DNA of 64,000 nucleotides from a virus, in IMG/VR virus record IMGVR_UViG_3300013094_000025, positions 33,938-97,937 of that record; one strand, given 5' to 3'. The notes beneath the pieces were generated by a model. The model was not told the DNA's origin, did no database searches, and was given only the letters and a program-made list of their open reading frames with translations. Within the stretch, counting starts at the first letter, position 1. Each line of letters opens with the position of its first letter. Shown one piece after another: positions 17,577-27,433 of the stretch. The translations under genes and the position numbers were made by a program.

Positions 17577-18518
17577 GTGAGTAGTTTTTTAAGCAAGATT
17601 AAAGTAAGTAATAGAATTCTTTATTGTAAAGAGTTAAAAGTAAAACATCATAAGCTTATTTTAAAAAGCCTTTTTGGAGATACTCCTGATTATGAATCAG
17701 TTTTTTACAATATAAATAATGTACTTGCTGAACTATCTAATTTAACTTTTGAAGAAATAAACAAGTTTAATATTATTGATTATTTTTTATTATTGTTTGA
17801 AATAAGAAGTTTGAGTATAGGTAGTAAAATTGCTGCTGAAACAACTGGAGAAAAAGTTATTAAGTTAACTTTAGATATTAATAAATTCTGTGATTGTTTA
17901 AAAAATATTAATATATTAGATTTATTATTACCTGAAACGATTGATGATTATACTTTTAGTTACAAACTACCAACAATATTCGATATAGTTAATATAGATA
18001 TTTCTTCTCAAGAAACAATATACAATTTATTTGTAAAGTCTTTAGCAGTAAAAGATACTTATATTGATTTTACGCAATGCGATAGTGCTACGTCTATTAA
18101 AATTTTAGAATCATTACCAGCTAGAATTACATTCAATCTTAATAAACGATCTCAAAGTATAATAACAAAATTCAATGATATTAATCTTCTTTCTTACTTA
18201 CCCGGATTAAAAGATAAACAATTAATGTTTAATTTTAACATTGATAATTTAGGTACTATACTCAAATTGCTATTTGGTGAACAATTATTAACACTATATG
18301 TCAATATTTTTAATTTATGTAGAATAGGTAATCTAACACCTGAGTATATTGAAAACTGTACACCTGGGGAATATATACTTTTTACAAAAAAAATAGAAGA
18401 ATTACAACAAATTAATAAAGCATCTCAACTTGAAAATGTGAATATACCTACAAACTCGTTTGGTTACCCTGATATACCTCCTCAAGTATCAAGATCAGAA
18501 TCTCCTTCTAAAGGTTGA
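17577..18518 (+). CDS. baseplate hub assembly protein (T4 gp26-like)
   Basis: ELKVKHHKLILK...IIDYFLLLFEIRSLSIG (cf. gp26 DxxxLFLxIRxxSxG), YKLPT. Confidence 0.65.
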   Translation: MSSFLSKIKVSNRILYCKELKVKHHKLILKSLFGDTPDYESVFYNINNVLAELSNLTFEEINKFNIIDYFLLLFEIRSLSIGSKIAAETTGEKVIKLTLDINKFCDCLKNINILDLLLPETIDDYTFSYKLPTIFDIVNIDISSQETIYNLFVKSLAVKDTYIDFTQCDSATSIKILESLPARITFNLNKRSQSIITKFNDINLLSYLPGLKDKQLMFNFNIDNLGTILKLLFGEQLLTLYVNIFNLCRIGNLTPEYIENCTPGEYILFTKKIEELQQINKASQLENVNIPTNSFGYPDIPPQVSRSESPSKG

Positions 18519-18548
18519 TAAGAGCAAGTTCTATTGTTAAATATAGCT

Positions 18549-19367
18549 ATGAATGAGGCTAGTAAAGTTATTGAACTGTTAAAAGAATTAGAATTAAAAA
18601 CATCATTTACTGTATATATTCCTTCTTTACAAAGAGAGGTACCATTTAAGCAATTAACAACAGAGCAGCTTAAAAGAATACTTAAAACCGCTCTTGTAGC
18701 TCCTATCTATAATACAGATTTTATCTTAACGTTTAATAATATTATTCGAGAAAATTGTCTAGATAAATCTATTAACGTAAACACTTTAACCATTTATGAT
18801 AAAGTTCTTATTACTTATAAAACAAAAATAGTAAGCATATCCCCTGAGTATACATTTAATTTTACTGAAAACGAAATAGGCACATATCTTTTACAAGAAA
18901 CAAATAAGACAATCGACCTTACTGATATTTTTAATAATTTTATAGATAAAAAAATAGTATTTGAACCTAAAACTATTAGTGATGATAACTGTACGGTTAT
19001 TTGTAATATCCCGACACTTTTAACAGAAGATAAGTTAGAAAAAGAAATACATAAAGATATCGTATTAGATTTTGATTACGAAAAAGAAATAAACAAAATA
19101 ATAGGAGAAGCATTTGTTAGTGAAATAACAAAATACGTTATCTCTATTAGTATAGGAGACACTAGTGTCGATTTATTACAAATACCTTTTAAAGATAGAA
19201 TAAGCATTATTGAAAGCTTACCAATTAATGTCACAGGTGAGATATTAAAATATATAGAAAACTATAAAGAAGCTATTGAACCGCTTCAGTCTTATTTGTT
19301 TGTAACAGATAAAGGTTTAACGTTTAAAAAAGATATTCTTTTAGATCCTACGTTCTTTAATATTTAA
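18549..19367 (+). CDS. second gp26-like baseplate hub assembly paralog
   Basis: YIPSLQREVPFKQLTTEQLKRILK, LTIYDK, IIESLP, DPTFF C-terminus. Confidence 0.6.
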   Translation: MNEASKVIELLKELELKTSFTVYIPSLQREVPFKQLTTEQLKRILKTALVAPIYNTDFILTFNNIIRENCLDKSINVNTLTIYDKVLITYKTKIVSISPEYTFNFTENEIGTYLLQETNKTIDLTDIFNNFIDKKIVFEPKTISDDNCTVICNIPTLLTEDKLEKEIHKDIVLDFDYEKEINKIIGEAFVSEITKYVISISIGDTSVDLLQIPFKDRISIIESLPINVTGEILKYIENYKEAIEPLQSYLFVTDKGLTFKKDILLDPTFFNI

Positions 19368-19401
19368 AACCTAAAACTATCTTCTTAAATAATATAAGGA
19401 G

Positions 19402-21180
19402 ATGGACACAAATAAATTATCACCTAAAGTAGAAGCTTTTCTAGAAAAATATCTAGAGGAGTCCTTATTACCTATATTTGTTAAGCATTTTACTAAATCA
19501 GTAGAAAGTAGTCTCGCTACAACAAAAAAAGCTTCTCTAGCTGAGCGCTTCAATGAACAAGGAGGTTTATTTGGCATAGCTGGAAACTTGTTAAAAAATT
19601 CGTATAACAAGTATAAAGATAAAAAAGCAAATAAAGATATTAATGCTTCAACTGCTACAGAGCAACCTAAAGATGATAACACTTTAAAAACAGTTGATAA
19701 TACTAATATTAATACTGCTGTTCCTGAGCAAGTAAAAGCAGTTGCAGAACCAGTAGCTACTACTGATGCTCCAAAAGGTAAAAAGCATCTTATTAAAGAT
19801 GATAATATATCCGTTATGATTGGCGGTATCTCTGTAAAAGGAGTTCAAAATTTAAGAAGATCTTTACCATTAGTTTTTAAACCTATTTTAGATGATTTTT
19901 TCAAACGCTTAGGTAGTACAGAATTAAAAACAAATATTAAACAAACAGCTGCAGCTCCCGCTAAAGATGATAGCGGTCAAGATAATGGACTTTTAGGCGC
20001 TGCTTGGGACTTTTTCAAAAAGAAAAAAGGTACTGTAGCAGGAGATTTTGCAAGAAATCGTAAAGCAGCTCAATTACGTAAAGCTCGCGCTCTACGTACA
20101 ACAGAAAATACATTAAAGACAACAGCTACTACAACAAGTAAAGAGGCAGTAGAAGTAGGAGCTAAAACTGTAGGAAAAGAAGCTGTAGAATCAGGAATTA
20201 AATCTGTTGGTACTGAAGCTGTAGAATCAGGAATTAAATCTGTTGGTACTGAAGCTGTAGAATCAGGAGCTAAAGTAGCTGCTGAATCTGGAGGTAAAAA
20301 TGTTTTAAAGCAAGCAACAGGTAAGATAGGTAAAGTAGCTTCTTTAGCTGCTGCAGCTGGAGGCTCAGTAAAAAGTAAAATTGCTGAATCTATAGCTAAA
20401 AGAATACCAAAAGCAATGGCAGGGGCTATAGGTAAATCGATACCGTTTTTAGGAGAATTAGTAGGAGCTGGGTTTGCCGTTAGTCGTTTACTAAAAGGGG
20501 ATTATGTAGGAGCAGGATTAGAGGCAGTCTCAGGTTTAGGTTCAGCTGCTACAGCTATTCCTGCTACTGCACTTTTAACTGCAAAAGATGTTTACGAAGA
20601 TGCTTATGGTGTTAAACCTGAATCTGATCCTAAGGTAGGAGAAAGATTTACTGAAATAAAAGATGCTACAACCAAAGCTGCAACAGATTTTGTTAAAGGG
20701 GTTGGAGAAAAAAATAAACCAAAAGAGGAACCTAAGAAAGATAATAATACAGCAGCTACTGTTACACCAACTACCGGTTCAACACCTACAGAGACTGATG
20801 TAACTGCTGCCCCTGTCTCTACCACAAATACACCTCCTGCTTCTACTCCAGACATAGCCGCTACAACTTCTCCTGCTGTACAGCCCTCAGTACCTAGCGT
20901 ACAGCCAGTTCCTACCCCTACCCCTACTTCACCTACATCAACAGGTACAGATAACGGACATGTGCTTAACGATATATCTGACCATACTAGTAAAACAAAC
21001 GATCTTTTGGGTGCGTTAACTCAAGCAATAATGAAGCTAGCTCAAAAACCTATGGGAGCAGTTGCTAATAATAGTAGTGTATCTGTAGGAGGACAATCTT
21101 CACCTCAACCTTCAGCTTCAGAAATTATGGCTAATAATAGTGACCCTATTAGATCAGTAAGATCAAAATACGGATCTTAA
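19402..21180 (+). CDS. tape-measure / hub protein (T4 gp29-like)
   Basis: 592 aa Ala/Lys/Gly-rich; KSIPFLGELVGAGFA...GDYVGAGL segment; lies between gp26-like and gp48-like genes. Confidence 0.6.
   Translation: MDTNKLSPKVEAFLEKYLEESLLPIFVKHFTKSVESSLATTKKASLAERFNEQGGLFGIAGNLLKNSYNKYKDKKANKDINASTATEQPKDDNTLKTVDNTNINTAVPEQVKAVAEPVATTDAPKGKKHLIKDDNISVMIGGISVKGVQNLRRSLPLVFKPILDDFFKRLGSTELKTNIKQTAAAPAKDDSGQDNGLLGAAWDFFKKKKGTVAGDFARNRKAAQLRKARALRTTENTLKTTATTTSKEAVEVGAKTVGKEAVESGIKSVGTEAVESGIKSVGTEAVESGAKVAAESGGKNVLKQATGKIGKVASLAAAAGGSVKSKIAESIAKRIPKAMAGAIGKSIPFLGELVGAGFAVSRLLKGDYVGAGLEAVSGLGSAATAIPATALLTAKDVYEDAYGVKPESDPKVGERFTEIKDATTKAATDFVKGVGEKNKPKEEPKKDNNTAATVTPTTGSTPTETDVTAAPVSTTNTPPASTPDIAATTSPAVQPSVPSVQPVPTPTPTSPTSTGTDNGHVLNDISDHTSKTNDLLGALTQAIMKLAQKPMGAVANNSSVSVGGQSSPQPSASEIMANNSDPIRSVRSKYGS
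20179..20268 (+). repeat. 36-bp in-frame tandem repeat x2.5 (EAVESGIKSVGT)
   Basis: gaagctgtagaatcaggaattaaatctgttggtact twice plus an 18-bp partial copy; degenerate copies flank it. Confidence 0.95.
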
Positions 21181-21192
21181 ATATTATAGTAT

Positions 21193-22239
21193 ATGGCTCA
21201 AAGTACATCTCCTTCAGCAATGTTTAATAATGCAAATAGTAACGCAGTTACATCTACTATTGGACCAGCTAAAGATAATGCTAATAATGTTGTTATTAAC
21301 AATTCAGATCAACCATGGGATGTTGTTAGTAAATATACCTGGACATTAACTCCTCCTTCTTCCCCCGCTATAGCTGAAACTCCTTATATACTTTTAACTG
21401 AATATAAAGTAGATGAAGCTTTTATTAAACAACAAATTTCTAATTTTTTAAATAATTCTAAAGATATTATAGGCGATACATATCAAGGAATTAAAAATGT
21501 TTTTACATATAAAACAACATATAAAAAAGATCCCGATCCGTTAGCCCCTTATAAATCTTTATATAAAAAAGATCAGTCAACAAAAACTAATAATATATAC
21601 AAATTTCCTTATTTTGATGATATTAATTTTGAAATTAATACATCTCCTTGGGAATCAATAGATGCTTTAGGATCTGCAGGGAGTATAGGAGGTGAGCTTT
21701 CTAAAGTTGCTTTTGGTAAAAATGCAGACAAAGTTAATAATTTTGCAAGCGGTGTTACAAAACTTGGTTCTGCTGCGTTAGCTTTTTCTTCTCCTAAGGT
21801 AGGTGTAGCTGATCGTCCTAAACTATGGTCTTCCCATTCTCCAAGAACAATTAATATTAAATTTCCATTGTTTAATACGCAAAGTCCTGATGATTGGGAA
21901 AAAAATAGAAACTTATGTAAATTATTAATCAATCAAAATTTATTTCAAAAAATTGATACGGTAAGTAATATACCCCCTGTATTTTACGAATTAGTTATTC
22001 CAGGACAACATTACAGTTATGCTTCTGCTGTAAGTAAATTAACTATTAATAATAGAGGAAATATGCGCTCTTTAGTAGATAGTAAAGGACAAGTTTGTGT
22101 AGTACCAGACGCTTATGAAGTAAATATGACATTAGAAGATCTTGTTATGCCTAGTCAAAATTTATTCGGAGCAATTGATAGTGTATCTAAACAAGTAACA
22201 ACATCTATACGAACAGCTCAACAAGCTATAAAAAAATAA
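21193..22239 (+). CDS. baseplate tail-tube cap (gp48-like, tube fold)
   Basis: PRTINIKFPLFNT, PPVFYEL, VPDAYEVNMTL; position before the gp53-like gene. Confidence 0.55.
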   Translation: MAQSTSPSAMFNNANSNAVTSTIGPAKDNANNVVINNSDQPWDVVSKYTWTLTPPSSPAIAETPYILLTEYKVDEAFIKQQISNFLNNSKDIIGDTYQGIKNVFTYKTTYKKDPDPLAPYKSLYKKDQSTKTNNIYKFPYFDDINFEINTSPWESIDALGSAGSIGGELSKVAFGKNADKVNNFASGVTKLGSAALAFSSPKVGVADRPKLWSSHSPRTINIKFPLFNTQSPDDWEKNRNLCKLLINQNLFQKIDTVSNIPPVFYELVIPGQHYSYASAVSKLTINNRGNMRSLVDSKGQVCVVPDAYEVNMTLEDLVMPSQNLFGAIDSVSKQVTTSIRTAQQAIKK

Positions 22240-22242
22240 TAT

Positions 22243-22599
22243 ATGAATCAAAATAGTATTCAGACTTTACCTTCTCTAACAGACGAAAATTACGAACAAA
22301 TTTTTAATGTCTACCAAGATAATAATGGGTATTATTACTATAATTTACTTCAATCGGTAATTATACCAGCTAATTTACCTCCAGGTTTTTATACAAAATA
22401 TAACGTTGTAAACGGAGATACTTGGCCTTATATATCTTATAAGAATTATAATACTCCTAATCTTTGGTGGGTTATATTAAATTCTAATAATATTATTGAT
22501 CCTACCTCCATACCTACCCCAGGTACTTCTCTTTATATTTTAGATTCTAATATAGTTTCTCAAATATTAAACAAGATTGCTAATTCTATTAATCAATAA
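22243..22599 (+). CDS. baseplate wedge LysM protein (T4 gp53-like)
   Basis: YNVVNGDTWPYISYKNYNTPNLWWVILNSNNIIDP...PGTSLYI. Confidence 0.85.
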   Translation: MNQNSIQTLPSLTDENYEQIFNVYQDNNGYYYYNLLQSVIIPANLPPGFYTKYNVVNGDTWPYISYKNYNTPNLWWVILNSNNIIDPTSIPTPGTSLYILDSNIVSQILNKIANSINQ

Positions 22600-22600
22600 G

Positions 22601-24313
22601 ATGAATGTAGTACAATCAGCTGTTTTTCAGTCAAAATTTAATCAATTAGATTATGAAGTTGAAATTTATTTAGATAACGGTGTTGATCAGTTTCCAATTA
22701 ACTCTAATGCTATTATCTCTTTAGATATTGAAGAGTCTTTATCAAATTGGCTTGTAGGAGGTACTTTATCTTTTTTATACGACCCAGAAGCAGGTGCAAA
22801 TGCTTTTAGCAAAGTTACTGGTCAAGTAGCTAACGCTACAACAAACGTTAACGAAAATTCTCTTAAACCTTTTTATGTTTTTAGAAACGATGGAAGTGAT
22901 TTATTACGTGTTAGGCTAATACCTAAAATACAAAATAAAAATAATGCAGCAGCTAATAGTGATCTACCCGATAATATTGATAAGGTAATGTGGACACTCT
23001 CTTATCTTTTCTCTGTTTATGATGCTGAAGATGTAGATAAGCTTCCAGGTATAACAGGCTCAGCGTCGGCAACAATGAAAGGGCTAAAATTATATTTTTG
23101 GGATTTTTGGTATCAAAAAATGTCTACAAATACATTAGAGTATTCTACTGGTCTCTCTCCTCTTGCTACTACTGATCAAAATACCCCAGGTACAAATTTC
23201 TATAATTCAGCTACCATACCTACTGGTATGGCTATTAAAGAAATTATTGAGCAATCTTTAAGTGATATTAAACAAACAAATAACGCTCAAAATTCATCTA
23301 CTAATTGGACCACACCATATATTAATTACGACCCTGTAGGAAGTGGTAAAGACTGGGATCAAGGTGGTGGAGAAATATTTTTTACAGCACCTGCAGAGTC
23401 AACAGCTGCTGAATGTTTGGATTACGTTTATAGTTATCACGTAAGTGGAGATTTAGACGCTGGAGGTACAACAAATATACCTAGAGATTTTTGTATATTA
23501 ACTAAAGAAAGAGGTCCTACAGAATTAGATATTGGTTATTTTTCTTTAAAGCCCTTAGCTTCTTATTATGAAAAAGCGGGTAAAACAGAAACTGCTCCAG
23601 GTGAATACCAATACGAACATTTTTACTTACAGACATACTCTGATCCAAATAAAAGACCAGGTGCTAAAAAACAGAGAGGTCCTACTGCTATAGGTAATAG
23701 TAATAAAGTAGATATGAAATTAATGAAATATAATATGATAACGAATTATCGTTTCGTAGATATATCTGCTCTTACTAACAGTCAACAATTTTGTACAACC
23801 CCTGTTTACTCATTTAATTTTAAAAATCGACAATATAAAGTTGAATTTGAAACAAATTCAGTAACAACAGCTAGAACGTTTATAGATAATAATTACATAA
23901 ACAACTTATACACATCAGGGGGTCAAGGTAGAGCAGCTGAAGGATTATTTTTAGTAACATTAAATCAAGATAAACAGAGTAAAGATATTAAACCGGTTTA
24001 TTCACTTTATGGAGATAATTCTGTCTTAAGACAAGCAAGCGGTTTACAAAAACTTCTCCGCACAGGTATCTATCAAAACGCCTGTGTACATTTTCGTACC
24101 TTAGGGTTACCCTTTAGACGTGTAGGTAGATTTATATCTATTGATAAAACTGAAGGAGTTGAATCTAGCGCATATGCTGATAAATTTTATGGTCAGTGGT
24201 TTGTTATTGATATTAAACATATCTTTGAACCAGGTGTTTATTATAATGATATTACCGCTGTAAAGATAAACCGCTTTAAACCTCTTGATCCAATATTTCC
24301 TAATACTATATAA
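22601..24313 (+). CDS. baseplate hub protein (gp27/VgrG-N-like)
   Basis: SLDIEESL at the N-terminus; G-x-PFRRVGRFISI...GQWFVIDIKHIF hub motif at the C-terminus. Confidence 0.65.
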   Translation: MNVVQSAVFQSKFNQLDYEVEIYLDNGVDQFPINSNAIISLDIEESLSNWLVGGTLSFLYDPEAGANAFSKVTGQVANATTNVNENSLKPFYVFRNDGSDLLRVRLIPKIQNKNNAAANSDLPDNIDKVMWTLSYLFSVYDAEDVDKLPGITGSASATMKGLKLYFWDFWYQKMSTNTLEYSTGLSPLATTDQNTPGTNFYNSATIPTGMAIKEIIEQSLSDIKQTNNAQNSSTNWTTPYINYDPVGSGKDWDQGGGEIFFTAPAESTAAECLDYVYSYHVSGDLDAGGTTNIPRDFCILTKERGPTELDIGYFSLKPLASYYEKAGKTETAPGEYQYEHFYLQTYSDPNKRPGAKKQRGPTAIGNSNKVDMKLMKYNMITNYRFVDISALTNSQQFCTTPVYSFNFKNRQYKVEFETNSVTTARTFIDNNYINNLYTSGGQGRAAEGLFLVTLNQDKQSKDIKPVYSLYGDNSVLRQASGLQKLLRTGIYQNACVHFRTLGLPFRRVGRFISIDKTEGVESSAYADKFYGQWFVIDIKHIFEPGVYYNDITAVKINRFKPLDPIFPNTI

Positions 24314-24549
24314 TGAAAAATTATTTTACTAATATTGATTTAGTTAATGGTGCTTTTGTAGGTATTGTTTATGATGCTAACAGTAACGCTGAAGTTTACA
24401 AGACTTCTTCATACGGAGATCATACTCATGCTCTTCAAGATATAAACAACTTTTTACAATCATCTAATACCCCTTTAGATGAGCTTACACCTACTACAAA
24501 CACTATTCAGTACGTTACTGTCCCAACCCGCAAATGTTGCGGAGGTTAA
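24313..24549 (+). CDS. small hypothetical protein ending RKCCGG
   Basis: TAATG coupling with the hub gene; 78 aa. Confidence 0.6.
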   Translation: MKNYFTNIDLVNGAFVGIVYDANSNAEVYKTSSYGDHTHALQDINNFLQSSNTPLDELTPTTNTIQYVTVPTRKCCGG

Positions 24550-25438
24550 TACAACAACTAAACCAATTAATCTCTTTGTCAACGACGATAGCGTCTTTGT
24601 ACATATATTCTGATATAACTAAAAGAGTATTACTATTGTCACCAGCACTAAACAATACTTCAAACATTTCCTTTAAAAGCTGTAAGTAATCACCAGAAAA
24701 CTCTTGCTCTCGTTCAATAACAAACTTACGTAGTTCGGTTAAGTCAACGTTACCTTTAATCTTTTGAACTACCTTTTCAGCAATACCCTTTACCTGATTA
24801 TCCTTGATAATCAAAGTACCAGTATAAGAGAACTTTTGAATATCATTTATTACACGTCGAAGATCGGGATACCCGCTTCTAACTAGTTCTACCAGTCTAT
24901 TCTTCTCTTCTTCAGGAACCACGATGTTCTGTTGTTTAAGGACATAGACAACCCTATTTAAAACGCCGTTCAGAGGAGGAGTTAGATTAAAGATCTGACA
25001 TCTAGATTGAAGAGCAGGTATTACTTTAAATAGATAGTTACAAGTAAAGATAAAACGTGTATTAGTAGAATACTCTTCAATAACATTACGAAGAGCTTTT
25101 TGAGAGTCTAATGACAATGCATCACACTCGTCAAAGAGAACTACCTTTAATCTACCATCTAAAGACTTCGTAGAAGAGAAACCAATAACTTTACTTCTAA
25201 TAGTATCAATACCATTTTCGTCAGAAGCGTTAATATAAAGATACTGACAATCTAAAATATCATTAACAATAATCTTAGCTAAAGAAGTTTTACCTGTTCC
25301 AGGACTACCTGCAAAAAGAAGATTAGGAATTTCTTCCTTCTCTTTTAAAGAAGCAAAATAATCCTTCTCTTCTTTATTTAGAACAATATCATCCAGTGTC
25401 TTAGGACGATATTTTTCTACCAGTAGCTCTTGGAACAT
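24515..25438 (-). CDS. gp44: clamp loader ATPase subunit (T4 gp44 / RFC small-like)
   Basis: VEKYRPKTLDD, GSPGTGKTS, INASDENGID, DECD, LQSRC, PDLRR. Confidence 0.95.
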   Translation of the reverse strand: MFQELLVEKYRPKTLDDIVLNKEEKDYFASLKEKEEIPNLLFAGSPGTGKTSLAKIIVNDILDCQYLYINASDENGIDTIRSKVIGFSSTKSLDGRLKVVLFDECDALSLDSQKALRNVIEEYSTNTRFIFTCNYLFKVIPALQSRCQIFNLTPPLNGVLNRVVYVLKQQNIVVPEEEKNRLVELVRSGYPDLRRVINDIQKFSYTGTLIIKDNQVKGIAEKVVQKIKGNVDLTELRKFVIEREQEFSGDYLQLLKEMFEVLFSAGDNSNTLLVISEYMYKDAIVVDKEINWFSCCINLRNICGLGQ

Positions 25439-25453
25439 GAAGCTATTATACAC

Positions 25454-25936
25454 TTACTTGCCGCTACTGCCAGTACCCTTATTACCTCGATCTGTAACAG
25501 TCACTTCATCTGCAAAAGATGTTTCCATATTAACAAGCGGGTAAAAAGCTATTTGTGCAACCCGATCCCCTTTTTTAAAAGTATAATCTTTATCACTGAA
25601 ATTATAAATTTGTACGTCTAACGAACCTCTATAACCTGAATCTATTACACCTAAATGAGGTTGTAATTGATGTTTAAATCCTAAGCCGCTTCTAGGTAAA
25701 ATAAGATACCAATAACCCGGGGTAATATCAGCAACTTGTAATCCTACAGGTACAATACCATGAAGTCGAGAGTAAATAACTGTATCTTCAACACAATATA
25801 AATCATACCCGGTATCAGTTTTATGCGCTTTTGTAGGTAGTTGTGCATCATTATGCGTTTTTACAAATTTAATAAAAGGTTTATTATTGTTAACAATGCC
25901 TACCGAGGTAGAATAAGTATTATAAGATGAAAGCAT
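25454..25936 (-). CDS. dut: trimeric dUTPase (start uncertain)
   Basis: GYDL, PRSGLG, GVIDSGYRG, GDRVAQI, RGNKGTGSSG motifs. Confidence 0.93.
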   Translation of the reverse strand: MLSSYNTYSTSVGIVNNNKPFIKFVKTHNDAQLPTKAHKTDTGYDLYCVEDTVIYSRLHGIVPVGLQVADITPGYWYLILPRSGLGFKHQLQPHLGVIDSGYRGSLDVQIYNFSDKDYTFKKGDRVAQIAFYPLVNMETSFADEVTVTDRGNKGTGSSGK

Positions 25937-26730
25937 ATACGTACATTATAGTTAGAATTAATAAATTGCCAGGTCCAAAATTTTATTTCGGTTATAAAAC
26001 AATTAAAAAAGATAACGGGCACTACTACGGTAGTAGTAAATACCTTAAAGAAGATATACAAAAATACGGTATACAATGTTTTAAAAAACCTGTTGTTCAC
26101 TATTATGAAACAGAAAAAGAAGCTCTCGAGGCTGAAGAAAAATATCTATACAAAGTTAATGCGTCTAAGAATCCTAATTTTTATAACCGTATTAATGGCA
26201 ACGCTAAATGGACAACAGTAAATACGGTATATTCACCTGAACAATATAAAAAATCTCACTACAAAATTTTTTTAAAAGGCGATCAACGAACAGAAGCTCA
26301 AAAAAAAGGTGCAAAAACAAAATACAAAAAAGGAAGATCTGCTGAAAGGATCAACGCCGATAAAGAGCATAGTGAAAGAATGAAAGGTAGAAGATTGCCT
26401 GAAATAGCTCTTATACGCTCTAGAGAGACACAATTAAAAAATCGCGATCTAATTAATGAAAAATTAAGAAAACAGTGTTTAGGTAAAACAAAAGAAAACA
26501 ATGAAGGTCGAAAAATTACTTCTGAAAAATTAAAAGGTAATCAAAATGGTCGCAAAGGAGATCTAAAACTTGCAAATATGACTGAGCAAGAATTTACAAA
26601 CTTTCTAGCAACGAAGAGTCAACATCCAAACGTACAACAAATGCTTAAAACAAGAAGAAACAACGCTTTAACTTTTTTACAAACAGGTGTATGGGGTACA
26701 TACAAGAGACGTAAAGTTTCTATTCGTTGA
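25927..26730 (+). mobile_element. free-standing GIY-YIG homing endonuclease (Seg-like)
   Basis: AYTYII...FYFGY, YYGSS, KYG..F, EALEAE, FYN; basic NUMOD-like C-terminus; antisense to flanking genes; own TAAGTA box at 25914-25919. Confidence 0.85.
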
Positions 26731-26884
26731 TAAGCTGACGACCAGTATACTCTCCCTGCTTTACTTCTCCAATAGGAGTCTGTCCAGGCTTAACGGCGTT
26801 AGCTTGAAGCCAGGCAATGAGTGCGTCAGTCTTTTCCCTAGGAACAATAAAAGTTCCGTACATAGTATTTACAGTAATTTCCAT
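26720..26884 (-). CDS. 54-aa hypothetical protein (not in ORF track)
   Basis: MEITVNTMYGTFIVPREKTDALIAWLQANAVKPGQTPIGEVKQGEYTGRQLINE*; highly expressed codon style; TTGAAA/TAATAT-like promoter upstream on the minus strand. Confidence 0.7.
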   Translation of the reverse strand: MEITVNTMYGTFIVPREKTDALIAWLQANAVKPGQTPIGEVKQGEYTGRQLINE

Positions 26885-26939
26885 ATACTATATATTATCT
26901 TATAGTTTAAGATTTTCAACTACCAGCTTAAGTATTGTA

Positions 26940-27428
26940 ATGTCAGACAACTTAGATACATTGTTAAATGAATTATCTTCATTTGAACTTCCTGTAAGTA
27001 CCCCAAAACCAGAAGTACCCGCTATGGAAGTTAATGATGAAAACATTAACGATTACATTCTTAAAAGAACTACTCAATTAATTGATACAAGTATTACCGC
27101 TGTTGATGATATTAAGGATTATATTATCCAAGGTCAGAACCCCGATGAAATAGCTGCTTTATCCGAACTCATTAATGCTGCTACTAAAAGTATAGAAGCC
27201 TTAAACAGAATTAACCTCCTTAATAAGAAAGGTAAAATTGATAAAGAATTAAAAGAAATGGATCTAAAAAATAGAAAAGAAGTAGCAGGTATGCTTCCAG
27301 GTAATAATGTTGTTAACAACAATTTAATAGTAGCGTCGAGAGAAGAGATATTTAAACAACTTCTAAATGAACCAGAACCTATAGAAATACTTGATTCTGT
27401 TGTTATAGAAGAAAAAGAAGATAAATAA
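26940..27428 (+). CDS. terminase small subunit (T4 gp16-like)
   Basis: Two helices then NNNLIVASREEIFKQLL (cf. NNxxFVGSTxELxKxL); TAAGTA at 26929-26934. Confidence 0.7.
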   Translation: MSDNLDTLLNELSSFELPVSTPKPEVPAMEVNDENINDYILKRTTQLIDTSITAVDDIKDYIIQGQNPDEIAALSELINAATKSIEALNRINLLNKKGKIDKELKEMDLKNRKEVAGMLPGNNVVNNNLIVASREEIFKQLLNEPEPIEILDSVVIEEKEDK

Positions 27429-27433
27429 TTTAT

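Noticed and set aside
16947-20268. 42-bp and 36-bp repeats as CRISPR arrays
   Set aside because: Head-to-tail, in-frame, without spacers, inside coding sequence.
25927-26730. Group I intron carrying the endonuclease
   Set aside because: The ORF is antisense to its neighbours, overlaps both and leaves no room for an intron core; dUTPase motifs are contiguous.
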